NCBI GenBank assembly: GCA_010093815.1
Contig: ML996572.1
Origin: Pseudovirgaria hyperparasitica
Lineage: Eukaryota
DNA: 64,000 nt
Reading direction: 5' to 3' (one strand)
Shown: in pieces, positions 1 to 13,754 of the stretch
How positions within the stretch are numbered: the first letter of the stretch is position 1
How the letters are laid out: each line of letters opens with the position of its first letter
Position numbers and translations under genes: made by a program
The notes under the pieces: generated by a model
Told to the model about the DNA's origin: nothing
The model's database searches: none
What the model saw: the letters and a program-made list of their open reading frames with translations, nothing else

Positions 1-1
1 T

Positions 2-1729
2 CATAATCAATGGCAGGATCCCCAGCTCCTTTTGAATGTCACAAGACATATCGGATATGCATATCGTTACGCTGGAAATCTTTACGAGGCCGAAATCGCA
101 TTTAGAGAAGCGCTACAGCTCTGTGAGAGGTCACATGAAGCTGAGTCAGATGAGATCATCCAAGCAAAAAATGATCTTCTAACAACAATAGAAAGATGCT
201 GTCGACCTCAGGAGGCCGAGGGTCTTTGTCGCAATCTTCTGCAGTTAGCAACGGCAAAAGGTTATCATGATGATCATCCCGTAACACTTGCCATAACACA
301 CAACTTGGCACTCTGTCTTTTGAATCAGACAAAGTTTGAGGTTGCCATACAGTTGTCCTTGGAAATCATCAACATCGAAACAGGAGAAGAGCAGGACGGC
401 TCTAGTCTACTCAGAACTTTTAACAACCTGGGTGTTGCGTATGATTACTCTGGAGACTACGAAAGAGCGGAGAGCTTCTATCGAAGAGCCTTAACGGGCT
501 TCAAGGAAATGTTTGGCCCACAAGACACTTTCACACTCCGTAATCAAAGCAACCTTTCCTCTGTTCTATTGACATTGGGACGTCTGGATGAAGCAGACGA
601 TCTTGCAACGGAAGTTCTTGGGCAGTTTCTCGTATGTACTGGCCATGATGTGTTCGACACTGCAGTCGCTCAGCGGGACAAAGCAGAGGTTCTACGAGTA
701 AAAGGACGCTTCCTGGAGGCGAAAGAGCTCCTAGTAGCTGCCTTGGGAACAATGCGCGAAGCTTCGGAGTCGCATCCTCTCATCCCTGGTACGATTACAT
801 CTTTGAGCTTAGTCGAAGGCAATCTCGGTCTCACAGCAGAGGCCCTAGTCCATGCCGAGGAAGCTTTTCAGGCTCGTACGACACATTTTGTGGATTGTAT
901 CAATGTTGGCACCTTCCAGGCAAACTACTGCTACGCAACGGCCCTCGCTGCAACGGGTTCCACAAAGGAAGCTGCAGTGCTCTTCATGGAGTGCATTGAA
1001 CAATGCCAACGTGTTCTTCCAGAGAATCATCCTTTATGCCTGATGGTCCAGAATAGCTTAGCCTGCCTTACTTGGGCGACTAGCCCACTTGAGTCCTTGA
1101 AACTCCTGCAGGACGTCAAGTCCGGTCTCACTGAAGGTGACGGAGACAGTTCCGGCACAGAGTCGGGGCAGCCTCGCATCCGCGGATTCGGTTCCGACAA
1201 CTATGCGGTACTCATTGTTTCCCTGAACATTGCGCGAATACAGCTCCATATCGGATGCACATCTCAAGCCGAATTTGTAATCGACTCCATGAGAGCAGCA
1301 CTTATTCGTGTATTCGGGTCAGACCATCCCGTCGCACTCGTCTACTATGTCATCCGCGGTCTGATACAGGCTTCCAAGGGTGACAAAGAGGCAACAGAAG
1401 AAGCTTATGAACTTTTCACAGAAGCCGCCACCGGGTTCGAATCAAAGCTATCACCGGATCACATGGTTCATTCATGGACAAGGTGCCTCATGACAAGAGC
1501 ATTACGTTGCCTTGGCCGGTCAAATGAAGCAGCAGCTCTAGAGACTTGGCCGAATGCCCGGGATGAGAAACGCACGCATAATATGTTTCTAGAGGAGCTG
1601 ATGAGTCCGAGAATGGATAACTTTGACTGGGTCCGTTACACTCTATTTCCTTGTGGGGAGACTTTTGTGCATCGACAGTTGCGTAAGACTATGTGTCGAA
1701 CCATATTGCGCGAGATTCCCAGGCTCTAG
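2..1729 (+). CDS. TPR-repeat protein (kinesin-light-chain-like TPR_10/12 repeats, as in C-termini of fungal NLR-like proteins); 5' end outside window
   Basis: Frame open from base 2 to TAG at 1729. About 42-aa repeats such as HPVTLAITHNLALCL, LRTFNNLGVAYDYSGDYERAESFYRRAL, FGPQDTFTLRNQSNL, LPENHPLCL and FGSDHPVAL. Confidence 0.8.
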   Translation, partial: HNQWQDPQLLLNVTRHIGYAYRYAGNLYEAEIAFREALQLCERSHEAESDEIIQAKNDLLTTIERCCRPQEAEGLCRNLLQLATAKGYHDDHPVTLAITHNLALCLLNQTKFEVAIQLSLEIINIETGEEQDGSSLLRTFNNLGVAYDYSGDYERAESFYRRALTGFKEMFGPQDTFTLRNQSNLSSVLLTLGRLDEADDLATEVLGQFLVCTGHDVFDTAVAQRDKAEVLRVKGRFLEAKELLVAALGTMREASESHPLIPGTITSLSLVEGNLGLTAEALVHAEEAFQARTTHFVDCINVGTFQANYCYATALAATGSTKEAAVLFMECIEQCQRVLPENHPLCLMVQNSLACLTWATSPLESLKLLQDVKSGLTEGDGDSSGTESGQPRIRGFGSDNYAVLIVSLNIARIQLHIGCTSQAEFVIDSMRAALIRVFGSDHPVALVYYVIRGLIQASKGDKEATEEAYELFTEAATGFESKLSPDHMVHSWTRCLMTRALRCLGRSNEAAALETWPNARDEKRTHNMFLEELMSPRMDNFDWVRYTLFPCGETFVHRQLRKTMCRTILREIPRL

Positions 1730-1845
1730 GATCCGTCAAGGTCCCAATATTTACATAACATCAAATATGAAAATAAAAAAAAGGTTTTTCATGTATGTCA
1801 TCTATGCCCACATCGACCAGATTACGGTTATAAGCTTGCCATAAC

Positions 1846-3224
<1,379 letters not shown>

Positions 3225-3655
3225 GATGGGAGCGTGGAGATTTGAATGTTGAACAGGTGTTCTGCGGGTGCTTGCACGACTTAAATAGTACACGCGAAAC
3301 CTTCTCGGGTTGATACCACGCACATGTCACATCGGATGCGAACGCTGCTTCATGTAGAAGCTGCTCTATGCAGATAGATCGGCCAGGCTCGTGCTGTCGA
3401 GGGACTGTCAGCCCCTGGCATACAACCCTGGCATACTGGTTCGTCAACGTCAATAATTCCTCGGACAATAAATTATTATGAGATACAAGGTAAGAGGGTT
3501 TTCAGGTTATTGATCGATACAAGTGATTTTTCGATCTGTATAAACATGGTTCAAGGTACTCAGCCCGTACTGCCTTAGACTCTGGAGAATACCGAATGTT
3601 TAGGATTGATCCGATGCGACGCTGCGAAACATGCTTTATTGACCAGTCCTGCGTA

Positions 3656-5286
3656 TCATTGACATCCGTTTACTTTGTTTGTCACGTGAATTATCTTCTC
3701 TCAATCAGTATCAGGCAATGGACGTTGTTTGAGGATTAGGTTTGGCTGACCTCAACACCAAGATTTGCCATCGAAACACTTGAAGACTCGTCACACGCAG
3801 CATAGATCCAGATCTGGCTTACGTCGACCCCTTTAAAAAGCTCTGCCTCATCTGACATCGCTGTGCCGAGTCCATCGACTGTGTGCTGTCCGAATTCAGT
3901 GTTCTGTAATTCCCCCATGATAAACTGGGACGAACCTTAGGAATTCGGGAGCCGATAATACTCCACTCAGCATTAACACAACCAGGAGGAGGTATTCTTC
4001 CCTTCCTAGGAGACTTGGCTACATTTTGGTTACACCACTGGTGCTCAAGTGTCAGCTGCCATTTTCCCGGTGACTGAGGGCACGTCAACTCACGTTCACC
4101 AAATCCGTTTCCTCAATCTCAGTACTCGGTGGTGAGAGTAGACAGGTTCCTGCAGGGGACTCCAAATCACCCATGATCACCTTCGACACATAGACCACGC
4201 ACTCGAAATCCTGCTCCCGTTCGTTCAACTTCGGTAGCCACTGACCCGTCTCGGTGAATGCACACCAGCCAATAGCAAAAGCAAGGGAGTTCGTCCAATA
4301 CACGGCTGGTGAGCATGAAAAGTAGCCCCTGGGTCGCGAGAATCGGATGGATGGACCCCACTTGCTGAAAGATTCAAGTATCGCTGAACTTACTTTGTTG
4401 CCGCATCCATGGAAGACATACGCTGGCTGAAGGGGATTTCCCATACCGGAGTAGCGGTTTAGCTCAAGCGCTGAGCTCAATCTCATTGTGTTAATGGGAA
4501 CATGAAGTGGTGCTCTGCTTTCTTTTTTGTATCCGTCGTCGACTTCTTGGACTGGTATCTGGCGTCTTATAGGAGGGGGGCCAGGTAGCCATGGGCGAAG
4601 CGGATCAAATCGGACTAGGCCGTCAGTAAGCTCTATGGACTCAACAGTAGAGAACATGTCGGAATATGAGACAGGCTTGATGTTCTAACCTTGGGAATGA
4701 CTGTGAGTAGCGTGGTATTTATTATGCTCCCTCCAAGAGCTAAGGCTCGAGGGATGTGCAAAAATCTTCAAGGATAGAATCAATACTACGTTTGTCCATC
4801 ATCGCTAACTCGTTAGAGATATCCTGATTCTTCCGTCGGTGATCCATAGATCTCTAGAACAGGACTGTCCTCCGAGCGATTCTGAGTAGTGCGTGATTCC
4901 TGATGCACAATATGGTAAAGTGGTCAGCATTTCCGAGCTTCCGTGATACACAGAGTTTTCACAACAAATTAAGCTCCCAACTGACTGGGGATGCTACGAT
5001 CCACAGCGTACGCAAAATCATAACACAAGCCAATTCAGGGCAGGTTGGTGTATGCCGCGCTTAAAATGATGCTTAGCGTATGCCAGATGTCCGCATTCAG
5101 GATTGTCCATATACTTAAGTGATCGGCACTCGCCCTCTTCGTCCTGCAGCTCTCAGCCTAAACGTTCTGCTTTGCTAATGTGTTCTTGCGACTAATTGAC
5201 CTAAGTAACACCTCTTGTTGACAGAAGATTCCTTCTTTGGGATCATCGTATGGTTTTGACCACTGACCGGTGCTCTCTTCTGTCAT
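3656..5286 (-). pseudogene. Multi-exon hypothetical gene with ADP-ribosyltransferase-like (DUF3990-like) motif; 5' exons appear to carry premature stops
   Basis: ORF 4085-4657 contains YVFHGC...GYFSCSPAVYWTNSLAFAIGW. Downstream exons are linked by GT-AG introns (WCNQN...WSIIGSRIPK / HTVDG...QIWIYAACD / IIHVTNKVNGCQ*). Putative upstream exons from ATG 5286 contain TAG/TAA/TGA codons. Confidence 0.5.
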
Positions 5287-5632
5287 GATGTTGAACCAGT
5301 GTTCGTGTATATTTATGTACTAACACTCCGACTGAGAAGCAGTTGTCGAGCACAGCGAATAAGAGTAGCATTATAATGGGCTGGCGACACGGTCACATCT
5401 TCTCAGGTTTGGGAAGTTTGTAAGCTGTAACGTGTCACCGACTTCTACAAGCACCCGAGGAACAAGTGGAATCAGACTTGGTTCATGCGTGGTACCGAAT
5501 CAGTAAATCATCCTCTGCTGGATATTTGCGCGCAAGTAGTAGTTTCGATCTCGCGTAAAAGTGCAAAGTGATATTTAACTAACTAGATGGGAAAATCTTG
5601 ATCGACTTTGTTCATCTATCGATAACGCTAAT

Positions 5633-5778
5633 CCGTCCGTAACTTTTTCAGCGCAACTCTTGGCATGCACGCCTATGCGCGATATAACGTTTTTCCATAG
5701 TAAATGAGCATTTTAAATATTATCGTGCATAGCAGCTATAACGTCGTGAAATACGTCGAATCCATGTATATAGGCACT
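5633..5778 (+). repeat. Left terminal inverted repeat
   Basis: Reverse complement of 16589-16734 apart from about 5 transitions. Confidence 0.95.
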
Positions 5779-5861
5779 TTATAGTGTTTATAGGCACTAT
5801 ATATAGTTATTAGTACGTCAATAACCCTACTTTTAACGCGTGTATACCTAATATTAGTATT

Positions 5862-7134
5862 ATAGTGGCTCCTCGGCTATCGAACTAGGTACGCGTTGAT
5901 ATTATTACCTATCTCTAGCTTAGTATACCTCCTACTTAGATAGTAGATATTTACCACTATAATAAGGTAACTATATACTATATATAGAGGAATCTAAATA
6001 TATAGAGATAGGCTATAGCGCCATTAAATTCTCCTAGTTGAAATCCGAAGGCGTCGACTAATAACTAGACGATAGTACTCGTCTTACTATACCGATTCGG
6101 ATACCTATACTTAGATAAGATTTAGCGATTCTTAGAAGAGGAAAGAGATATATAGATAACTCGCTAGTTAATTAGGCATAACCTTAAGAAGCGAGGCTAT
6201 ACACGGACGAATATTAAGAGAATCTATATAAACTAGAGTTCGGTTATACGCGACTCTTATCGCTAAGATATAAAGAACTTTACCTCTAATTAGCTTATCT
6301 TTATTAATAAGGCTATATTTAATAAGAAAATAGGTTAGAGGCTATAGAGATACTTACCTCGTGGTAATCGAGCGACTTAGTATAAAAATATATAACGTGG
6401 TAAGACGTGGAGTATCTATGGCGTGATTAGCCTAGACGGATTCGTTTACTATTATTTTAAGAAGGGATATTATAAGTAGGAAGACTTTATCTATAAGGAG
6501 GCGGGCTCTACGCACCAACTAACTACACTAAAAGGACCAAATCTTAAAGCTACTACTTTAAGGGTAGAGTACACTACTTATATACGACTACTGCATACAT
6601 GTATAATCAACTGGCAGGCCACGTGCTCCTCACGTGCCTAACATTATCTCGTGGTTAAATAAGTGTCTATTACCGGGGATTAAGGCTCGCCACCTAAATA
6701 AGATAATAGTTATCGTAATAGATAACCTAAATCTTCATTATGTCCCTAAAGTTACGGCTATTTTAACTAGGGCTAGCCACGTCGTACGCTATCTACCTCC
6801 GTATTCGCTAGACTATAACCTAATCGAGCTTATATAGACGGTACTTAAGGCGTAGATACGTAGATAGTAGGTATATAAGCGCGATAAGCATCGTAACTTC
6901 GGTAATTTCATGGAAAGGGTACTCCGTGATAGCTACTATAATAGATTCGTACTAAAGTTCTTTAAGTACGCGGCTAAGGGTTTCTATATTAATAAGGAGA
7001 TTCGTATACGCCTAATAGAGTAGTTAGATAGCTTTAAACGTGGTAGAGATGGCGAAGATATAGTTAAATTAGTAGAGAGATTTAAAGGAGCTAAAGTCAT
7101 AGAGGACCCTAATATTACTACTAACGTATTCTAA
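5862..7134 (+). pseudogene. RIP-inactivated IS630/Tc1 (DDE_3) transposase, interrupted by a solo LTR
   Basis: De-RIPed reading: N-terminal (M)VAPRLSNQVRVDII HTH region, YLYLD(E)IQRFLEEE, QLIFI(DE)A, VIVIDNLNLH and VRYLPPYS(P)DYN(P)IEL. Many TAG/TAA from CAG/CAA/TGG. Confidence 0.85.
6492..6643 (-). mobile_element. 152-bp solo LTR of a different LTR retrotransposon family
   Basis: TTATC direct repeats at 6487-6491 and 6644-6648. Ends T(G>A)...CA; the minus strand begins TGTTAGGCAC. Removing it restores the transposase reading EDFISWLNKCLLP. Confidence 0.8.
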
Positions 7135-7189
7135 CGTATTTCCTAATTAAGTAATATAAAAGTAGTATAAATATATATATATATATCCT

Positions 7190-8403
7190 AAAATATAGTC
7201 TATATAACTCTACTCTATAGTCGTAGAAGGGTATTAGTAGTATCCCTATCTACCTATCTATCTCTCTTCTTTAACTCTCTCTTATATTTAGATAGCCACG
7301 CGCGATACTTCTATATATATGGTATAGAAATGCTATTTACGAGCGCATCCTTATATAATAGATGCCTACACGTTCTTATTGCCTTAACTTTACTATACTT
7401 ATATAAGTTCTTTAATAACTATGCCTTAAAGTTCTCTAGCGCCTTAATCTTCTTATCTACTCTCTCTATACCTATCTACCAGTCTATTATCTACTTAATA
7501 ACCTCTACCTAGTCTATATATAGCGCCGTAGGACTAGAAGCCGTAGCTACTAGAACTAGCTTAGGCGGCGTTACTTCTCGAGGAACTAGTAATATACTAG
7601 ATAGAGGTAGAGGATATTAAGGCGGAGGGTATACCTAAATAGGATGGGGTATATAAGGCTAGATATGCCCATATAGGATAGCCTCTTATTTAAATATACC
7701 ATCGCGGTAATAACGTTTTACCTTACGTTCGTCTATCTACTCCTTATTATATATTCGATCCCGTCTCTCTTCACGTCTAGCTTAAGCCTTATTACGTTTA
7801 GTCTATTATTCTTTACGTTTTATATCCCGTAATTACTACTTAGTAGTAAATAGCTATATATCCTCTTATAACTTCGCCTATTTCTCTTTATTAAGCTAAC
7901 GCTTATTAGGACGCTTCGACTATATACCGATAGGCTCACGGTTACGGAATCGCTCCTTTAGAAAAGACGGTAGATTCTTAATAGAGACACCCTCCTCTAC
8001 TTCTACGGTAAGTACGTTTACCTAGTAGTAGATATCTACTATTATAACTTTATAGTGCTAAGTACCTATACTAGAGCCTTTATTAGCCTATACCTAATAG
8101 TACCTATCCTTATAAGGATAGTTGTTAACTCCACACTTAAGACGAGCGACTAGAGCGTGGTAATACTACGTAGTATTCGCTACTACGTCTACTCGTATAG
8201 TATTCACGGCGCTAATAGGGCTATTCCGTCTCCCTCCTAAACTAGGTGCCCTAGCTTATATATAGTATATAGAGGCGTGTAATAGTAGTGTCTCGAGATT
8301 ATTTGGAGGAGAGAGTAATTTACTATATATACTAGTAGGCGCAGGCGTTCTACGTATATTTACTAACGACGTTACGCTATAAGGTCTAGTTTTAGAGGCT
8401 TAT
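7190..8403 (-). pseudogene. 3' part of the DNA transposon's second ORF (Cys/His motif, Pro/Gln-rich segment), RIP-mutated; end approximate
   Basis: Minus-strand reading HALVARLKCGVNN(C)PYKDRY(CW)VQ...QHYKV...(W)VN at about 8020-8160. Confidence 0.55.
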
Positions 8404-8631
8404 TGTTAGGACTTAGCCTTAGGTAGGACTCGACCTACACGTACCTTAGCTAACAGGGTTAGAAGGTGACGTGAAGGGCGGTGAATAGTCACGTGCTAGA
8501 TAGATCGGCGTCCCTTTATATATATACTCTCGGATTCCTACCGAAAGGGTTCGGTAGTAATTCGTTCTATAATAGAATATACCCTATTATTCTATCTAGC
8601 TACACTACTATCTAATAATCCTATTCTTATA
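8404..8631 (+). repeat. 5' LTR
   Basis: Starts TGTTAGGACTTAGCC, ends CTTATA (RIPed CA), contains TATA run near 8515-8527; colinear with 15559-15786. Confidence 0.95.
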
Positions 8632-8849
8632 TTTAAATTACTACCTATATAGTACTATAGTTAAGATGGTCTAACTAGAACTAAGAAGGTCGACACGATC
8701 TACTATAGGGATAAGTAATACTATATTAAATAATAGGGATCCTCTATAATCGGTATTAAATCCAGCCGTTCTTAATAGAGAAGTGGAGATGTCCGACCGA
8801 ATCACGGAACTTTCTAATAAGGAAATAGTGGATATACTAAGCGACTTCC

Positions 8850-9979
8850 CATGATAGGAAGCTAGATAACGAGTCGTGGTAGAGCTACACGAGGAATCGC
8901 AACCATTAATCGCCGAACTATAGGAGTATATCGCTAATTAAGCCCGAGAGATATAGATCCTTAAAGAATAGACCGAACGTGCGAAACTCCTCGTAAAACG
9001 ACGAGAACTTAACGAGTCTCTTAAAAGACTACGCGGAACGATAGTAGGTGGACGACTTCCTATACTAATTTAGGCGGAATCAGTTCACCTACCATTAGAG
9101 TTATGATAATCTACCGTATACCCGGCCGCTTCGTTACCGATTTACCCTACTCCTTCCTTAGGTATACTAAAACCTAAAGATCCGACTATATTTATAGAGA
9201 AGAACCAAAAGAAGTAGAAAGATTAGAAGAGAGACTGCGAGAAGTACTTCCTCGATAACCCTATGCTCTTTTCTACCGAAGTATAACGCATTTCATTCGG
9301 AGAACGTTACTTAGGTTTATAATCCCGCGATTAATAGGATAGATAGAAGGAAGTTAAGCTACTATCGGCGATAACCTAGGAACATTTAGCTATATTTATA
9401 CTAAATACCCTCGGAACTAATAGAGAACGCGAAAGAAAGGCACTATCTAAGTTAAGAAGCGTGGCACAACGACCGAACTAGACACCTACTTAACTACTAT
9501 AATACCTATAAAACCTCTAGGATAATATCCCTACACTATAGGAAAATATTCGTATATTCTAGTTTCGCGAAGTACTACTCCCGTTAATCCGCGAAAGATT
9601 AGGAATAGTATTATTAAGTTTTAACTATCTACACGAATTAGAGGAGAAAGCTAACGAATACTACCGCATCCTTAAGGAATGCGGCTCTCTAGGTAAAACC
9701 GACGAACCCTATACGGGTTAGAAACGAGGTCGATCGAATACGTTCGATCAAGAGTAACCTTACTATAATTAATACTAGAAGAGTATAAATCGGGGTAGAA
9801 ACGCGTTAAGAGGATACTAAAATAATCGAGGTGGTGGTTCCTAACGCGGAAAAGGATAAGGCATAGGCTTAAATATAACGCCTATCGTAAAATAGCAGGA
9901 TTATAGCGCACTTTATTACTATAAGTATGGAGAAAAGGGATATATTTCGCCTAACTACAAGAATCCGAAAAAAGAATAG
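8850..9979 (+). pseudogene. gag: gag (RIP-mutated; start approximate)
   Basis: Zinc knuckle (C)YK(C)GEKG(H)ISPN(C) at about 9917-9958; probable native stop TAG at 9977-9979. Confidence 0.75.
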
Positions 9980-12900
9980 GCTAGTACGCGAGACCTAACC
10001 GCGTTCTTAGCTAAATTATATATACTTAGGAGGAGCCGTAGCGCCTTCCGGCGAGTAAAGACCTAATATTACTAAAAGTATTATTACCTATAGTAAATGG
10101 TAATAAAACTATATAGGCCCTTATAGACACTAGTATAGAAGATAACTATATTTCGTCGATTCTCGCCAAGGAGTATAGATTATCGTACGATCTCGGTAAA
10201 GTTAGCCGAACCATCGTAGTTAATAGACATGAAGTTAGAACTTTAGGTAAAACTATAACGAATTACGAAGTTCATGACTTAAAGATAATAAAATAGTAGA
10301 TATCTAATGAATTTATCGTGGCTAATATTAGCTAATAGAATATGATTCTAGGGATGTCTTAGCTTAAACGCCTAAACCTAATCCTCGATTTTTAGAAGGA
10401 GATATTAACGTTCTATCGATATCGCGGTAAATTATACTAGTAAGTCATAACCATTAGTAAGGAGGCATGGAACCTCGCCGTGCGGACCCGATCGTTACTA
10501 GTCTATCTTATATCCCTATCGATCGTCGACGAAGACGAAGAGGATAGCAATAATCGGGGTAAAGACACGCTACCCGACGTATATTCGTAGTACACGGATG
10601 TGTTTTCGGTAGGGGACGCGTCACTTCTCCCCGACCATAGGCCGTATAAGCTAAAGATCAAGCTTGAAGAGGGAGTAGACGTCCCTTATAGTCTACTTTA
10701 CCTACTTTCAAGACTAGAACTCGAAGTTCTTCGTAAATATATTAAAGAATATCTTAGAAGAGGCTGGATACGTCGTAGTATATTATTAGCCGGCGCACCT
10801 ATTCTCTTTATAAAGAAGAAAGACGGAAGTTTACATCTATGCGTCGACTATCGAGTACTAAATACGGTGACTAAGAAGAATCGTTATCTATTACCGTTAG
10901 TTAGTAAATCTTTAGACTAATTAATAAAGGTAAAGTACTTTACGAAGCTAGATTTATAAGATATATATTACTAGCTTCGAATCCATCGCGGAGATGAGTA
11001 GAAAACCGCATTTCGGACTAGATATAGTCATTTTAAGTATACTATTATACCGTTTAGGCTAATAAATACGCTAGAAGTATTCTAAGGATATATTAATACT
11101 ATACTTATAGGATTACTTAATGTAATCTACGTAGTTTACCTCGATGATATACTGATTTACTCCGATAGCATGTAGGATTACAAAGAACACGTGAAATCGG
11201 TACTAAATCGTTTAAGATAGTATAAACTCTACGTAAAGTTATCTAAATGTAAGTTTTACTAATAAGAAGTTGGGTTTCTCGGCTTTATTATAATACACGG
11301 CAGCCTTAAAATGGAGCTAGAGCGTGTTAAGACTATTATAGAATGGCCAGAACCTACTACTATACGTTAAATTAGGACGTTTATAGGTTTCGTAAACTAT
11401 TATCGTAAATTCATTATAGGTTTCTTACGAATTACGGCGCCGCTTAATAAACTCATAGAGAATAGCGGTAAAATCCCTATAGGTGGGCGAGCATAGCGTA
11501 AAGCTAAGTCAGTCGAGATATAGTTAACGCCGGAAGCGCGAGATACGTTCCGATCGTTGAAGAATTGCTTTATAACTACGCCGATTCTTAGGTATTTTAA
11601 TCCCGAGAAGCATATTCGGGTCGAAATAGATGTATCTAGATTCGTAATTACTAGAATTATTAGTTAACCGTATAAAGATGCGAAAGATAAGGTGTAATGG
11701 TACCCGGTCGCCTTCTTTTCCCGTAAAATAGCGGATATAGAGACGCGTTATAATACGCACGACTAGGAACTACTTATAATTATTGAGAGTTTTAAGTAAT
11801 AGCGATATTATTTAGAAGGCTCCGTATATTAGATTGAATTGTTATCGGATCACGTAAATCTATATTACTTTATATTAACTAAGGTTCTTAATCGCCGATA
11901 AGTACGTTAGGCTAAGTGGATATTAATATTTAACTTTAAAATCTTATATAAAGCTAGAAGAGAGAATAAAGTAGATCCTCTATCACGGCGTAAAGATTAC
12001 GAGAAATCGTCAAAGAATAACGTAGATAGTCGGTGTAATTTAGACTATACTATACTATAGATACTAAAAGACTAGTTATCTAATAGAGTGCCGGAAGCTA
12101 GGACACTTTCGGCGACTCTCCGCGGGAATTAGAGCGGGCATTAAGTAATCTAAACTAACGTCTAAGAAATAGAGTAAATCCTCGAAGACTTAATTAAATC
12201 TACCTAGAATTCCGATGTATTAGTAAAGAAAGTCATAAGTATAAAGGGAATAGCTATAGAACCGCCGTAGTTATTAAGGTGGGAACGACGATCGGACGCG
12301 ATCTACTTCTAAGGCCGACTCTACGTGCCGGAAGGCGGCCTATAAATTAATATTTTAAGGGAATAGTATAATTACGCGTTAGTAGGGCACTTCGGCGTTA
12401 TAAGGACGGTCGATTTAATCCGAAGGACGTACGACTAGCCGGGTCTTTATAAATATATAAAAGACTACGTAAAAACGTATAACGTTTACTAGCATACGAA
12501 AGTATATAGACACTTACCATATGGCGAATTAAGGCCATTACCTATGCTAAAGGAAGCATAGAAGGAATTGTCGATGGATTTCATTATAGATCTACCTCTA
12601 AGTGAGTGTCTTAGGTATATTTATAATAGTTTACTCGTAGTTTTAGATAGATTTACGAAGATATTATACTATATCTCTATAAGGAAGACGATCTAAGCAC
12701 CGGATCTTATAGATATACTACTTCGTGACGTAGTTCGGCTCTATAGTACGCTAAACGGTATAGTTTTAGATAGAGGTCCGTAGATAACGTCTAAGTTTTA
12801 GAAGGATTTCTACTATACGCTGGGAATTAAGCGGAAACTTAGTACCGCGTTCCACCCATAAATAGATAGGTAGATAGAGCGGTAGAATTAGATAGTTAAG

Positions 12901-13754
12901 GTGTATTTACGCGTATATTATAACTATAAGTAAGATAACTAGGTAAGGTTGGTCTATGTCGCGGAATTCGCGTATAATAATAGCCGACATGCGTTAACCT
13001 ATATAAGTCCGTTCGAAGTAAACTTTGGTCGAAACTATAAAGCATAGTTTATAGGAACTTAGTGTAAATTAGAGTAGCCTAACGTCAAGGCGACGGAGAT
13101 TACGATAGAACTATTCTAAATATAAAGAAGCGTTATAAAGTTATTATAAGATACTATAGATTATAGTAAATCGCACTATAATAAGGGTAGAAAGCCTATG
13201 ATCTTTAATGTTAGAGATAAAGTTTTACTAAATAGTAAAAATATTCGTAGTATTAGGCCGAAGAAGAAGCTTAACTATATAATAATAGGTCCATTTAAGG
13301 TTACTCGTGTAATTAATAACTAGGCGTATGAGTTAAAACTCCCTCCCACGTTAAAGATATATAATATATTCCACATCACGCTTCTCGAGCCATTCCATGC
13401 CTTATCGTTACCGGATTATTCTAAATAGACGTTATATAAAGTAGTTACGTAAGGAGGTGCGGATATCTACGAAGTTAAGTAGATACTAGGCTAATAACGT
13501 GCCGAAGATGGCACGTGGCTATATAAAATTCGTTAGAAAGGGTATAATCCTAACGAAGATACTTGGGAACCCGTAATATATATTAGTAAAGCAGCGATGT
13601 TAGCGTATAAGTAGTAATTAGTAAAGAAAGCCGCGGAATCATAGAGAATTATACTAAAGTACGGCGATTTAACGTTTTTTAGTATAGTTCGGCGCCGAGG
13701 ACGGCCGCCTAAAAGGAAGAAGGTGAAAGAGATATAGATCTTTAAAACATTCTA
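9968..13754 (+). pseudogene. pol: pol polyprotein (PR-RT-RNaseH-IN-chromodomain), RIP-mutated
   Basis: ALIDT protease motif near 10117, APILFIKKKDGSLHLCVDYR, VYLDDILIY near 11134-11160, GHFG integrase zinc region, SMDFI..DLP and chromodomain YEV..I...Y.I.WKGY...DTWEP near 13464-13575. Confidence 0.9.
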
